Below, one piece after another: positions 22,050 to 33,480 of a DNA stretch of 33,651 nucleotides. The notes under the pieces are model-generated. The model did no database searches and had not been told where the DNA came from. It saw nothing but the letters and a program-made list of their open reading frames with translations. This stretch comes from Octopus bimaculoides (Eukaryota). Within the stretch, counting starts at the first letter, position 1. Each line of letters begins with the position of its first letter. The position numbers and the translations under genes were made by a program. The stretch covers positions 23,253,216-23,286,866 of the forward strand of contig NC_068994.1 in NCBI RefSeq assembly GCF_001194135.2, read 5' to 3'.

Positions 22050-22258
22050 TATGTTGTGTGTGTGTGTGTGTGTGTGTGTGTCTTTGTGCCTGTGTTTGTC
22101 CCTCATCATCGCCTGACAACTGGTGTTGGTGTGTTTAGTCCTAGTAACTTAGCGGTTCGGCAAAGTGACCAATGGAATAAGCACTGGGATCAATTCGTTC
22201 GGCTTAAAATTCTTCAAGTATACGTTCCAGCAAGGCCACAACCTACCAACTGAAATAA
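22050..22258 (+). mobile_element. SINE family 1, tail half
   Basis: (TG)n then TGTGTTTGTCCC...GACAAC..GTGTTGGTGTGTTT...AACTTAGCGGTTCGGCAAA, the reverse-complement homolog of 3215-3400. Confidence 0.75.
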
Positions 22259-22436
22259 ATGGCTGTGTGGTAAGTAGCTTGCTTACCAACCACATGGTTC
22301 TGGGTTCAGTCCCACAGCGTGGCACCTTGGCAAGTGTCTTCTACTATAGCCTCAGGCCGACCAAAGCCTTGTGACTGGATTTGATAGACGGAAAATGAAA
22401 GAAGCCCGTCGTATATATATATATATATATATATAT
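22259..22436 (+). mobile_element. SINE family 1, head half
   Basis: TGGCTGTGTGGTAAG (A box), GGTTCAGTCCC (B box), ...GAAAGAAGCCCGTCG(TA)n. Confidence 0.9.
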
Positions 22437-22914
22437 NNNNNNNNNNNNNNNNNNNNNNNNNNNNNNNNNNNNNNNNNNNNNNNNNNNNNNNNNNNNNNNN
22501 NNNNNNNNNNNNNNNNNNNNNNNNNNNNNNNNNNNNNNNNNNNNNNNNNNNNNNNNNNNNNNNNNNNNNNNNNNNNNNNNNNNNNNNNNNNNNNNNNNNN
22601 NNNNNNNNNNNNNNNNNNNNNNNNNNNNNNNNNNNNNNNNNNNNNNNNNNNNNNNNNNNNNNNNNNNNNNNNNNNNNNNNNNNNNNNNNNNNNNNNNNNN
22701 NNNNNNNNNNNNNNNNNNNNNNNNNNNNNNNNNNNNNNNNNNNNNNNNNNNNNNNNNNNNNNNNNNNNNNNNNNNNNNNNNNNNNNNNNNNNNNNNNNNN
22801 NNNNNNNNNNNNNNNNNNNNNNNNNNNNNNNNNNNNNNNNNNNNNNNNNNNNNNNNNNNNNNNNNNNNNNNNNNNNNNNNNNNNNNNNNNNNNNNNNNNN
22901 NNNNNNNNNNNNNN
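22437..22914. other. Assembly gap (N run)
   Basis: Run of N between (TA)n arrays. Confidence 1.
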
Positions 22915-23094
22915 TATATATATATATATATATATTATGTAGCTATCACTTGCAATCGAGCATAGTCTGGTAGATTGTATCACGTTTTCGCTGTTTTTGG
23001 TGCTTACAAATCACGAGTAGGCATAGACATCCTGTTGGCCCCACCACCCTTGAGAAGAATATTGACGATGTGGCAACTGGAGGAGTAGAGAGTG

Positions 23095-23170
23095 CTGCAC
23101 CAGTAGTTAATTGAGTAGACTGGTGCAACGTGTAATGGTGATGTGTCTTCTTCAAAGACACAACGTGCCA
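23095..23170 (-). mobile_element. Possible old SINE central-domain fragment
   Basis: Minus strand reads GTTGTGTCTTTGAAGAAGACAC...CACGTTGCACCAGTCTACTCA, resembling the TGTGTCCTTGAGCAAGACAC...CTCCAGTCCACTCA SINE core (recalled, not aligned). Confidence 0.35.
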
Positions 23171-23212
23171 TCTAGTTAAGAAATGGAACGCAAAACCTTA
23201 TGGTAGTAAGTC

Positions 23213-23214
<2 letters not shown>

Positions 23215-23292
<78 letters not shown>
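23215..23292. repeat. (CA)n microsatellite
   Basis: Directly visible. Confidence 0.95.
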
Positions 23293-23293
<1 letters not shown>

Positions 23294-24090
23294 TGGTAAT
23301 CTGTTGTAACCTAATATGTTTGTAGTTCTCCCCACACTTGTAAAAATGTAAACAACAACAACAATGCCATCACTTATGAAAATGTAAGGATTAAAATTCG
23401 GTTTCGCAGAAAAACGAAAAACCGCCAGGAGTATATAATGATCTCTACCTGACATAAGGTAGAGATCATATTTTGAGGAGTAGCATATTAATCGAAGTTA
23501 CTAATTTTATTGACTCAGGAAAAAAAAAAATGAAAGTAAGCTCGGTCTCGGATAGGTTTCAAGTCAAGTATATAGAATAAGATACCGGAGTTCTCCAGTC
23601 TAGTATGTTACTGTTTTGTCACCTCCTGTACTTTCAAGATTAATTAATAAAAATATACTTAAAATGTTTGAAGAAAATTTTTTTTTGAAATGAAGTGAAG
23701 TTCTATAGTCAAGAATTTCATCACCTAAGCTTATCGAATGATAATTTTCAATAAAGTTTTTAGTAGATGGAATTAGATTATTTGGAAATAAAATAAAACT
23801 GTTTTGAAGAAAACTAAAATAAATGCTTTGAGACTGATAAAGGTAGGATAACAGGTTGCCTGGCGCTAGGTGATTCAGTATAAACAGTTTTCATAGATTA
23901 AAACAGATGAAAGAAATGCTGGATGCCTTAGGCATACTAAATATCATTGATCGATCAGGTGGTTCTTGTGACACCAGCTAGCGTCATACTGATAGTTTCT
24001 GACACTAGTAGTGATTGATCTTCGCTTATCGATACAGATAAAAGCAAGAATCAACGGCAGTCACTGAGTCGAAATTCCCCGAAGGTTGAA

Positions 24091-24094
<4 letters not shown>

Positions 24095-24148
<54 letters not shown>
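24095..24148. repeat. (AT)n microsatellite
   Basis: Directly visible. Confidence 0.95.
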
Positions 24149-24151
<3 letters not shown>

Positions 24152-25302
24152 CAGCCCGCAAAAAAAGAAAAAAAAACTGTAACCCCAACAGGTAAACCTA
24201 AAATATATAACAACATTTGTGGTACATTATTTCAGTTAAGGTTTTGGTCTTAGCTAATAAGTAGCTAATTATACAAATTGTACACACCTCGAAAAGATTC
24301 GGTTCATTTTATGTTATGCCGATATTAGAGAAGAGTCTGAAATCCCTTTCTAGGATTGAACATTGCGAATGCTATCTCTGGTAGTGTATCTAATTGTTTA
24401 TGTGATGTGGAATAAAGGTCTAAAAATATTTACTTAAAATACTGATATGGTTATTGAATGCACTCACACAAAAAAATTAGCATACAAAATATACATTTAA
24501 AAGTTTCAGTACAATAATATATTACATTAAATATGTGCAATACATATATTTGCAATAATGAGCTATTATCTGAGAGGAAAATATCACACACACAATAGAA
24601 GATTTAAAATAAACAACCTACTTTTATTGCACCGGCACTTAGAAGCTCATTTTCTTCATTACTTGCACTCCTGAAAGAAGAGAGGGAGAAAGGATTGAAG
24701 AAAATGATTTATTAGATGAAAGTTGTTGAAAAATGCGAACGTTATTAAGTAAAAGGAAATATTTATGGCTTACAACTCATATAAAATTTCTTGGTATAAT
24801 GATTTCGAATTAGTTATTTTCTTGAAATTTGTGTCATCATCGACCGTACTTCAATAAACTCAAATTAAAAATTAAGTCTAAAACCTGAAGTACATGCGCT
24901 CACGCACGCACACACACATACATACACGCGCGCACACACACGTGTATAATTAGAAAACACCAATTCCTTAACTAACTACACTAACTTAGTTAAGACAGGA
25001 GTCTACTAATTAGCTTCAACGAGACTTCGACGATATTTTTGTTTTAGTGTATTGAAGGTAAATTTAAAAAATGCAACGAAAATAACTAGGTAACATATAT
25101 GATATTTCATGGCGTTTAAATTCTGATTTTCATGGCTTCTATTGATTGTACAGTTGATATAATTACAAAGATAGTAAGATACTATAAATTTTCAGCATGC
25201 CATGCACCAAAGATTGAAAAATGTTGACATATTTTATTTTATGCTAAAACTAAAAATGTTGCAACATCTTTTTGACATTAGAATTTAACCCACTTAATTT
25301 GT

Positions 25303-25455
25303 ATTGTTTAAGCCCCAAATCGGTATTGAGTGAGCATAATAAAGGCATTCAAGCCAACCCGTCATTTTAGAGTTATCCAATGATAGTATAAGGTAATTTG
25401 AGTGAGACTTGACTGCTATTTCTAGATAGTCGAATGATCAACTAGAGGCTTCCAC
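25303..25455 (+). repeat. Dispersed repeat family 3 (diverged)
   Basis: ATTGTTTAAGCCCC start; AAGGTAATTTGAGTGAGACTTGACTGCTATTTCTAG...AGAGGCTTCC is similar to the reverse complement of 11758-11830. Confidence 0.5.
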
Positions 25456-25724
25456 TAACAGATTTCATATGCAAACTATTCTCGAAAGGAAACAAATTCA
25501 TATGGCAGTAGCTAAAACAAACTAGCATGAGATATCAGCTCCATGTAATATACTTCAGCTGTTTAATGCTTCAAACTTTGAATATGCTTTCACCTACATG
25601 GATGCCTACTTATATTGCAGATGATATCGCATGTTAGCTTATCTTGGCAATAATGCTCCGCATTCTACGCCACAAAATGTAGATTCAGTATGCATACTCA
25701 ATTTTCTTCCTAACATTTTCGCAG

Positions 25725-25810
25725 GTTTCGGTAAAGGCTGCGCATCCACTGAAAACCTTCATAATGGCGAAATGCGTTCGTCGTTGCCTTCTGCTACTCC
25801 ACAAAAATGA
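25725..25810 (+). CDS. Weak candidate terminal coding exon (unknown gene)
   Basis: Acceptor TTTTCTTCCTAACATTTTCGCAG (branch CTAAC); phase-1 frame reads xFGKGCASTENLHNGEMRSSLPSATPQK* (TGA 25808-25810). No homology recognised. Confidence 0.2.
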
Positions 25811-26397
25811 TACTCGTTAATCATCAACATTATTTTTTTTTATTTTAATGGCTGAATTTATTTTTATGCTTGAATTAATTAAATATTTTTTTTATTTATA
25901 TGAAACTTTATACGATTGTTCTTCACTGTTCATTGAAAGTACGTTGATAAAATGAGGTTATCACTAAAAGTCAGCTTTACAGATATATAAGGACAATCTT
26001 TTATTAGCAGCGATGTCATTGTAACCTTGTAAGTGTTGATGGAAGAAGGTAAGCTTGTTTGCAGTTGTTACCAGTTATGATAAAGCTGAAGAATGGCAAG
26101 TTAATATCTCAGAAGCATATTTAATTAAGAACAATAAATAAATAAACATAAGCATAAAGCCAGTCTTATCTTGAGTATACCTTTTTTTCACTGTGGTTTG
26201 ACATTTCAGCATACAAACCAGACAATAACAGACATCAGTCAAACAGTCGATGTCTGGTAGTTATGCAACCCTTTCACTGAGATAAGATTAATTTCAGTCA
26301 AGTAAATAAAGAATAATTAAATGTCACACAACCACAACACATTACCATAGATACAAAAGCACACACAAAAAATACACAAAACACTTACGTATACACC

Positions 26398-26398
<1 letters not shown>

Positions 26399-26444
<46 letters not shown>

Positions 26445-26460
26445 ACACACACACATACGC
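26399..26460. repeat. (CT)n(CA)n microsatellite
   Basis: Directly visible. Confidence 0.95.
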
Positions 26461-27232
26461 AAGCACACAAGCATGAATAAGCTCACGGTCACAAGGTTGC
26501 AGAATGGGTGAAAATGAATTTGATTGGAGCTTTTGTGACAGCAATATCCTACGTTTCTAAATGGTATTTCCTCGAATCCTACACACGTTCAAAAGCTCTC
26601 ACATAGACACAAGTCAAGCACACAAACATATATCTAGGAATATGTAACTAATATAAAGTATATTCTGTGAGCAAGGGGAAAAATAACATTCTTGAAGGTA
26701 CCGTTTAAAAATTTTTTTCTAGTGAATACTTGGGGTTTTGCTATAAAAGTTGTAGATTTAGGAGGACTCTGTCTATTTTTTGTCCCCTAATGAAAATCCT
26801 TTCAAATTGTCCCAAAATCTAAAACCATATATAAAGCGAACCAAGGAGGGAAATTCTACGCGGTCGCACAAATTGCTTGAAATTGCAGTCAAATCTTCCT
26901 ATCAGATTCTATTTCATTAAAAAGGGACAAGACTCTGGATAATGTAAATTATATCTATAAAAGAAAAGACGAGATGGCCACTGTCAGAACGATTTTGATA
27001 CTAATTATACTTGAAAACGTGAAAACGGCTGACTGTTGGTTAAGTGAGGAGCTCAACTTCCACTATCAGGTGCAAATGACAGTTACATAATGTTTCTCTC
27101 CTGAAATAAAGCGAGCTTTCCCTTTTGCCCAGGATGCAGGTCGTTTACAAAGAAAGCTTGGTGTTTCGATGTTCCTTTAATCTTGAATTTTCTTCGTGGT
27201 ATTTACAATACCAACGCATCTTCCACACTCAC

Positions 27233-27346
27233 CTGTGTTCAAAAGTTCTACCTTTGTAGTACAACAAAGAGCATTTGGGTGTATGTGGTGTGATTTTAAA
27301 GACGCAATCGTGTGAATTAGGAACATGGGTTAATGATTCGTTGAAC
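27233..27346 (-). CDS. Candidate internal coding exon, 114 bp, phase 2-2 (unknown gene)
   Basis: Acceptor ...TTTGTAG| at 27347 and consensus donor CAG|GTGAGT at 27232. Length is divisible by 3 and only one of three frames is open: (R)FNESLTHVPNSHDCVFKITPHTPKCSLLYYKGRTFEH(R/S). Confidence 0.45.
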
Positions 27347-28149
27347 CTACAAATTTTAGTGTGCTTAATAAATAATAGAAGTAACAGAAGAGTTTCGTTG
27401 ATAACTCCCAAGAAAAAAATAATAATGTTTTTGTCTTCCATTTATTTGAGTCTTTTACACAGATAAACATAGAAAAAATTGGTCATATGCAAATTAATCC
27501 GGATACGTATAAATATGAATGTTTTAGTTGAATAGTATGAATTTTTTAGTTGCATAGATTCTTGTCTTGATATCGTCTGGAATCAATGCTAGCTTTCAAG
27601 ACCAACTATCGGTTGCAGAAAACAAGAAATAAATACGCTAACCAGTGTAAAGAATATATGGCTAGATTGGTAAATAGATGTATTGATTGATAGCTTACAG
27701 AAACTATAACAATCGTTCGAAAGGCATCACATAGCGAGCAAGCCGTTGGCGTATTGGCAAGGTTCCCATAACCACCTCTTTTAATTACCATCTGTTGTGT
27801 CCAGCACTACGAAATGTTGATCTATGTTTAACGTAAATGCATGCGCACGTGAATAGATGTGATACCCGCATGTGTTAGAGTTATTCATCTGTAAAATGAT
27901 AGAAAGGGTTAACAATTTCCAATTATTTTCTCTCTTTTAAGCGATACGTATATTGATTGCTATGTTATGAAAATATTACGGTTATCAGCTGAGATGTGAA
28001 GGTAGTTAACGGCAGGTCAGAAGAATATAGGAAGGTTTTGGGAATGAGAACTTATACATAGATATATAAATCAAAGGATTAAATACAGAGGCACACATGC
28101 ACATTCATACACACACGCACCCATATATATAAATACACACACACACACA

Positions 28150-28330
28150 CACACGCGGGTACACCACCGATTTTTCGGCAACTGACAATCCGAAATTTCT
28201 TTTAATTCAGACATAATTATGTGTAGACTCTTGAATTTCCCGCAACCATCATCAATAATTTTTCGCTATCATCCTTTCACAACTCACGTGTGTTTATTCG
28301 CTATCTACGTCAAACTAATAATATGGCAAC
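28150..28330 (-). mobile_element. Possible Tc1/mariner terminal remnant
   Basis: Minus reads ...IIDDGCGKF, resembling a transposase C-terminal I.x.G.G.F, followed by a GC-richer TIR-like end next to (CA)n. Weak. Confidence 0.25.
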
Positions 28331-28685
28331 GTACATGTTTATAACTAAAGCTAACAACACCTTCTAAACACCTAAGGACCCTCTATCCGTGAAGAGTAAA
28401 TTAATAGATAATTTACTTTCGCTGTGGAGAATACTGTGACTTAACACGAAAGAAGTAAAGGTAAAATATATGCTTTTCATAGTTATGTTTGAAGAGAGGG
28501 GCAAGTGTGGGCCCAGTAGGTAGGAGATTAGCACGTGGTTGAGATTTATTTGCATCTTCATATTAAAATAGTTGAAGAATTAGAAGACTGTTATAAAATA
28601 TTTCCAATCAATAAATAAAGGTCAGATTTTTTTAAAAAGTTTATTTTCAGAAAAGTTTTTAATTATGTGGCTGCAGTCTTAGAAT

Positions 28686-30700
28686 TTATGCCAAATGCCA
28701 TGCCTGTATCTTTGCTGAAGAGTCTTACAGTCTGTATTAAGGAATTTCTCTCTTTTTCATTCTTACTAAAAAGCTTCAGATGATCCATGTAGAGCAAATG
28801 GTTAATTTTTCCATTACTATTTCTGAACCTACCTTTGCCTTTCTTAATACTAAACTGAGGGGAATCAAACATAAGGCAAAAATTAAAGTGGGTAACGAGT
28901 CCCCCTGGAAAATTCCTCTTTTGATATTAACTTTCTCTAAGAGTGTATCAACCGAGTAGAGATCTACTTTCCATTTCTTCATGCTACAGTTAATTAATTC
29001 TCTCATGTTGCCTACTATACTGAATATACTCAAACATTTACTTATCCATGAGTGTGGATCATGTCATAGGCTTTCCTATAATCTGTCCATGCTATTGTTA
29101 GATTTTCCTTTCTAGCTTTAACTTCGTTTAGAACTGCTTTGTCTGTGTATAATAGATCATGATTTCCTCTAGCCTTCTTCCTGCAACCTTTCTATTCTTC
29201 TGGTAGTAAATTCTGGTTGTCAAGGTGCTCTTAAATGCTTTCTGAAAGCATTCCTATTAACATCTTCCACACTAATGGTAAGCAAGTGATTGGTCTATAG
29301 TTGTTAGCTGTATTACCCATGCTCTTATTTTTCATAATGAGTATTGCCCTGCCTCTAGTCGTCCAATATGATATTATTCCTCCATTAAGGCAATTCTGAA
29401 GTTGTTCCCTCAGCCTCCCATGTAAACTACTGAATTTCTTTAGCCAGTACCCTTGAACTAAATCTGGTCCTGGGCCCTTCCAATTCGGCATTTTTCCTTA
29501 CACTTTACTCATTAATGCACTAGTTAATCTTAGATCTTGTTGTTTCTCACTCACTACTTCTTCCCTCACTTCTTTAACCATACTGCATCTCCAAATATTC
29601 CTCCAGAACTTTCTAGCTCCTTCTGCATTAGGTTTCTCATCTTCAGTACTTCGTTCTCCACTAATTATTTGGTTATAAAATCTCTTTTGGTCTGTCTCAA
29701 ATAATCTACTCTGTTGATATTGATTTATTCTTTTCTGATATCTGGAAAGCTTGTCTGCTATGATACGCTGTTTCAACTCTTCTATTACTGTCCCAAATCC
29801 TTTATCTTTGACTAAGTATCTTTTCACGAGGGAAGATTTGCAGCTAGTGTTTCCTAACTTGTTTGTTTTCCAGGCTTTTATTCTATTCAGATCTTGTTTT
29901 AAAGTCTTCACTTTATTTTGTAGTATCCTTTTCCACGTTTTCTCTTTTGTAATCTTTCCCTGTGAGATATCTAATCTTCTGGTGACTACTATCCCTCCTG
30001 CATAGATCAATAAATTAGTGTCTCCTATATTTTTAGTATCTATCCTACTGATAACAGAATCTACTTTCCTAGCCATTTCGAGCAGCTTCGTTCTGTTGGT
30101 GCCTTTTAATTCTGGCAATGTTTTTCTTACTTTTTTGCTCATTACTTTCTGCAACTCATCAAAAATCTTCTGATCTTCCTCACTTAAATCACTTAAGTCG
30201 TTGATGCCAGTTGTCTCTTCCCTATTGGTAGCGCTATTATTATTTTTTCCTGGTCTTTCTTTTCTAGTTCTCTTGTGATCTCTTCTACCTCCAATTCTGT
30301 TATCCACTTTCTTCTCCTAATAGTATTAGCTTGATCAACCAATCTCTGTTCAGTCAAATTAAACATACCCTTCTCTACCCAAAGTGTTAACATCCGTTTT
30401 CTATAGCCCTTTCTTTTAGGGCTCAATTTCTAAATAGCATTGCATCACCATCCTTCGCTGGTTCACTTCCTCCTCCTTGCTCTATTATCTGCTGATGCTG
30501 TATTAGGATAACAGCTGTGGTCAGTCTGTATCTTTACTGATCCACTGCTGAGCGAGAGGTCTTCCTTTAAAGGTCCAGCTTCATTTTCGCTGTTACAACC
30601 AGAATTACTTCGGAAACTCCTGTCTTTCATAAACTGAGGTAAGGTAACGTTCGTCACCGTCGTCGTCACCACAATTATTTTTCGACATCTGAAAGTTTCA
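28686..30700 (-). mobile_element. R4/Dong-clade retrotransposon, 5' two-thirds (N-terminal domain plus RT), 3'-truncated; copy D
   Basis: Decayed frames give RRRK.T...KRKGYRKRMLTLWVEKGMFNLTEQRLVDQANTIRRRKWITELE, QQSRLFETDQKRFY, MPNWKGPGPDLVQGYWLKKF, NYRPITCLPLVWK, AWTDYRKAYDM, RGIFQGDSL (28893-28907) and INHLLYMDHLKLF (28780-28791). Confidence 0.93.
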
Positions 30701-30767
30701 AGCAACTTTCTATTGCATCAATTGTTGCACTTTTGTGCTGGCGGGGTGGTGTGTGGTGCATCTTTTG

Positions 30768-30799
30768 GTGGTGGTGGTGGTGGTGGTGGTGGTGGGGGG
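30768..30799. repeat. (GGT)n microsatellite
   Basis: Directly visible. Confidence 0.95.
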
Positions 30800-31095
30800 T
30801 AATGTATTGTATGAGTCCATTTTGTTAAGGGGCTTGGTTTGAGTCTCCTTTTGTATTAGTTTTTATATTGTGTGTTGTTTGTGGGTTGTGTTCTTCTGTC
30901 GGGTATCGGCCTTCTATGGCACATGTTGTGGGTTTTGTTAATTTTGTTGGGTATTTACAGTATGAGTTTATTCTTGTATGCTTTTAGAGAGGTGTTGCAT
31001 AACAGTGTGCGTGTGTGTGTAACTCATAAATCAACAATTTTATAGTATTTATGATTATCCGCTGGTCTTCCTCTTTTGGTTGGTTTTGTTATGGA
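30800..31095 (-). mobile_element. Possible Penelope-like linker fragment
   Basis: Minus reads PADNHKYYKI...CYAT / SLKAYKNKLIL, reminiscent of the PLE post-thumb HKYxKIF..SY..T.SLK..I..HN.K segment. Short and frameshifted. Confidence 0.3.
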
Positions 31096-31102
31096 TTCCG
31101 TT

Positions 31103-31113
31103 AATTATTATTA

Positions 31114-31170
<57 letters not shown>
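31103..31170. repeat. (TTA)n microsatellite ((TAA)n tail of copy E)
   Basis: Directly visible. Confidence 0.95.
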
Positions 31171-31585
31171 GTTTCATTATCATCTTTCAATTCTGTTTCC
31201 TTTTCTTGCCGAGTGTCTTCCTGACACTTAAGGCAGAGAAACGGACTGTATACATTTGTAGGCCATTAAAATAAACACATCAGATTATTCATTTACAAAG
31301 TCATGTGATAGAGAAAAGGGGGAAGAAATACGGAGAGAAAAAGGAAAAAAATTAAAAATAGAAGTAAACAAAGAAAATAAGCAGCAAAAATGGAAAGAAA
31401 ATTCACGGCGACAATGCTGTTCTCAATACCTGTGACGTACCAGTTAAGACAATCTTTTGCACTTCCTGCATGGATGATAATCCAGAGATCCTTCTTAAAT
31501 AATTTTCAGTTACTTTTTTTATTATGCCAAGTGCTCCTACAATCACTGATATTGTAATCGTCTTGAGATGCCATATTTGTTCCTA
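31171..31585 (-). mobile_element. R4/Dong-like RLE C-terminus plus 3' UTR; copy E
   Basis: Minus reads EQIWHLKTITISVIVGALGIIKKVTENYLRRISGLSSMQEVQKIVLTGTSQVLRTALSP* (stop 31403-31405), then a 3' UTR running into (TAA)n. Confidence 0.85.
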
Positions 31586-33423
31586 CTGCTGTGTGGTATT
31601 ATTAAATGTTTAGTTTCGACTTTTGTCTTGAGATAATCATAAATATGTGAGGGTTGGAGGGCATAGTAGGAGAAAAAGAAGCAGCTTGGTGAATAGACCA
31701 AATTCCACTGGCAGATGGTGAGAAGGAGACCAACATTGGGGCTTCGCTATTGCGTTCCGTCTGTTACTCTGTGTGTGTGTTTGCATGCGTTCGGTTATGT
31801 TCGCACGACAGTTTTGGGCTTTGTTAGAATTGAATTATACTGTTCTATAATAGAACACACAGCTACCGCCTTATCTTACTAAGTGAGTAATTTAATGTCT
31901 GACAAATTACAACGTCTCTTTCGTCCCGTCTTTGCTGCGATAATCTTTGTTGTAAGTATTTACTGGAAACATGGAAATTCTCAGAAATATAAAATCAAAA
32001 ATTCTTCCTTTTTGTTTTTTTAACCCCTTATATACTGACAACAATGAGATTGTCTTTCACATGGTATTTCCGTTCAATTGAACCGCTTTGGTGTATAATG
32101 GGGATTTTTGAACAATAGAGAAGCAAAGCTGAAACTGTCAGGTAGAATCAACATCTGTGACAAGCGAGTAACAAGAAACAAAGTCGAGAGCTTTCTCAGC
32201 AACATCGCTACGGTATTCAAACCAGCCTTAAAAGACATAAGAATAGGCTATGATCACTCAAAGACTCCACTCTCCAGAATAAGTGACAACGAATTACAAT
32301 AGTACGGTTCGATTGATCACCGACATAATATAACTATTACTACAAATTGAACTCCACTTGGGGAGATGAAGGGAAAGCTTGTTGCAATTGCAGGCTCTAA
32401 CCAACATCGAACAAGTGGAAAGTAGAGAAATCACAAGCCTAGACAGTCATATTTAACTCCAAAACAATAAAATAACGGCAATTTGAGTGTGCAAAATGGT
32501 CCTTAATCAGTGAAAGCAGAATGTAAATGGAGTGCTGGATATGTGGTACGGAAGAGATCGTTCGACTGATTGCCTAGTGCCATTCCGCAGCAAAAAATGT
32601 AAGTTGAGAAAATTGATTTCTTTTTTTTTTTTTAATATGTAAAAGTCGACGATATATACTTAAAAATGAATAATTGTCAAGCATTGGGATATAAATAATT
32701 AAAAATCACAGAACACTTCTTAATCGTAAGATGCCGAAAGTCTGTTATGTTGAGCGAAGTATCATCTGGAAAACGTAGAATTAAAGAGAAGTATGTAAAA
32801 TTACAAAAAGGATAACTGAAATAGAATCTACTCTAATGTAGCTCAGTTGGACGTGGAAGTAAACAAATGGAGGTTTTCAGCGCCAAGCTACTAAACAGAC
32901 ATATAAGTGTGTATGACATCTCATGGTTCAAAGAGAGAGAGTTAGGAAAGGTCATTAAATTATGCTTACACTCCAGGAAGAAGTACTTGCACACTTTAAC
33001 GGATTCCTATTGGGAAGAGATATTTGTCTGGCACTGGCCCACCACCAACCATCAATCACATACAGTAACTGGTGTGGGCACAAAAGATTTCTTTTTAACG
33101 GCGACTCACTGGTAATCTTAGCTTATCACTAATAAAATCGTTATAATCAAAGATCAAAAAATCAAGACATATAGGCAATTATATCGATACTACCTCTACT
33201 TTCTGTTCGTATAGTTTGCTCTCCGTTGTACTCTACCATTATATTTAAAAGCTACTGAGTATATATATATAAAATATAAATAGCAATATCATGCCAGTAT
33301 TTGTTTTTATCGGTTTCTCCAGACGATGAGATTTCCGGAAAATCTTCTAAATTACGTATTAACAATTTCCGATTAAGAGGAGAAAATTCATAAGCCTGTA
33401 AAATCCTTCCCTGTTTTACTGTA

Positions 33424-33480
33424 ATGTATGTATGTATGTATGTATGTATGTATGTATGTATGTATGTGTGGGTGTATGTA
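33424..33480. repeat. (TATG)n microsatellite
   Basis: Directly visible. Confidence 0.95.

Noticed and set aside
27699-27791. Minus-strand AG|MVIKRGGYGNLANTPTACSLCDAFRTIVIVS|GTAAGC possible exon
   Set aside because: Its phase 0 end is incompatible with the phase-2 candidate exon at 27346, the acceptor is weak, and I recognise no homology.
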